Positions 27,085 to 27,125 of a DNA stretch of 27,125 nucleotides are shown in pieces (position 1 is the stretch's first letter; every line of letters begins with the position of its first letter). The position numbers and the translations under genes were made by a program. The notes under the pieces are model-generated. The model made no database searches. It saw only the letters and a list, made by a program, of their open reading frames with translations, and had not been told where the DNA came from. The DNA is from a virus (Duplodnaviria > Caudoviricetes): positions 1 to 27,125 of the IMG/VR virus record IMGVR_UViG_3300017737_000069. One strand, given 5' to 3'.

Positions 27085-27125
27085 GCCTTAAACTTCCGAA
27101 AGAATTTTAGAGGCAAATTACAAGA

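Noticed and set aside
1-27125. tRNA, rRNA, CRISPR array, integrase or IS element
   Set aside because: None recognised. Almost no intergenic space exists, and the 9974-10150 gap does not show a cloverleaf or T-loop consensus.

Overview
This is a 27-kb segment of a low-GC tailed dsDNA phage genome (Caudoviricetes). All credible genes are on the minus strand and tightly coupled (many TAATG, ATGA or TAA-TTG junctions). In transcription order (right to left): six small ORFs, five of them very Lys-rich; a terminase large subunit with an N-terminal Cys4 plus HTH extension; portal; two small ORFs; a giant internal-virion-type gene split by one in-frame TGA; four more putative internal/ejection proteins, one with a lysozyme-like SLT domain; a structured leader; scaffold; major capsid; putative adaptor and nozzle; fibre-like and Gly-rich proteins; two paralogous dUTPase-fold-like ORFs; a 2OG-Fe(II) oxygenase; and an operon of tiny membrane, Cys-rich and secreted proteins. 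No tape-measure, tail-tube or sheath gene is recognisable, so a short-tailed (podovirus-like) virion is inferred. An actinobacterial host is a tentative inference from the SLT type and leaderless-type promoters. The main highlight is that ORFs 19779..21716 and 14655..19544 share one frame, separated only by TGA 19779-19781. The 78 codons after that TGA, missed by the ORF track, encode the N-half of a cpYpsA-like SLOG domain, which is itself split by an insertion of about 226 aa. All family names come from motifs recognised by eye; no database search was run.
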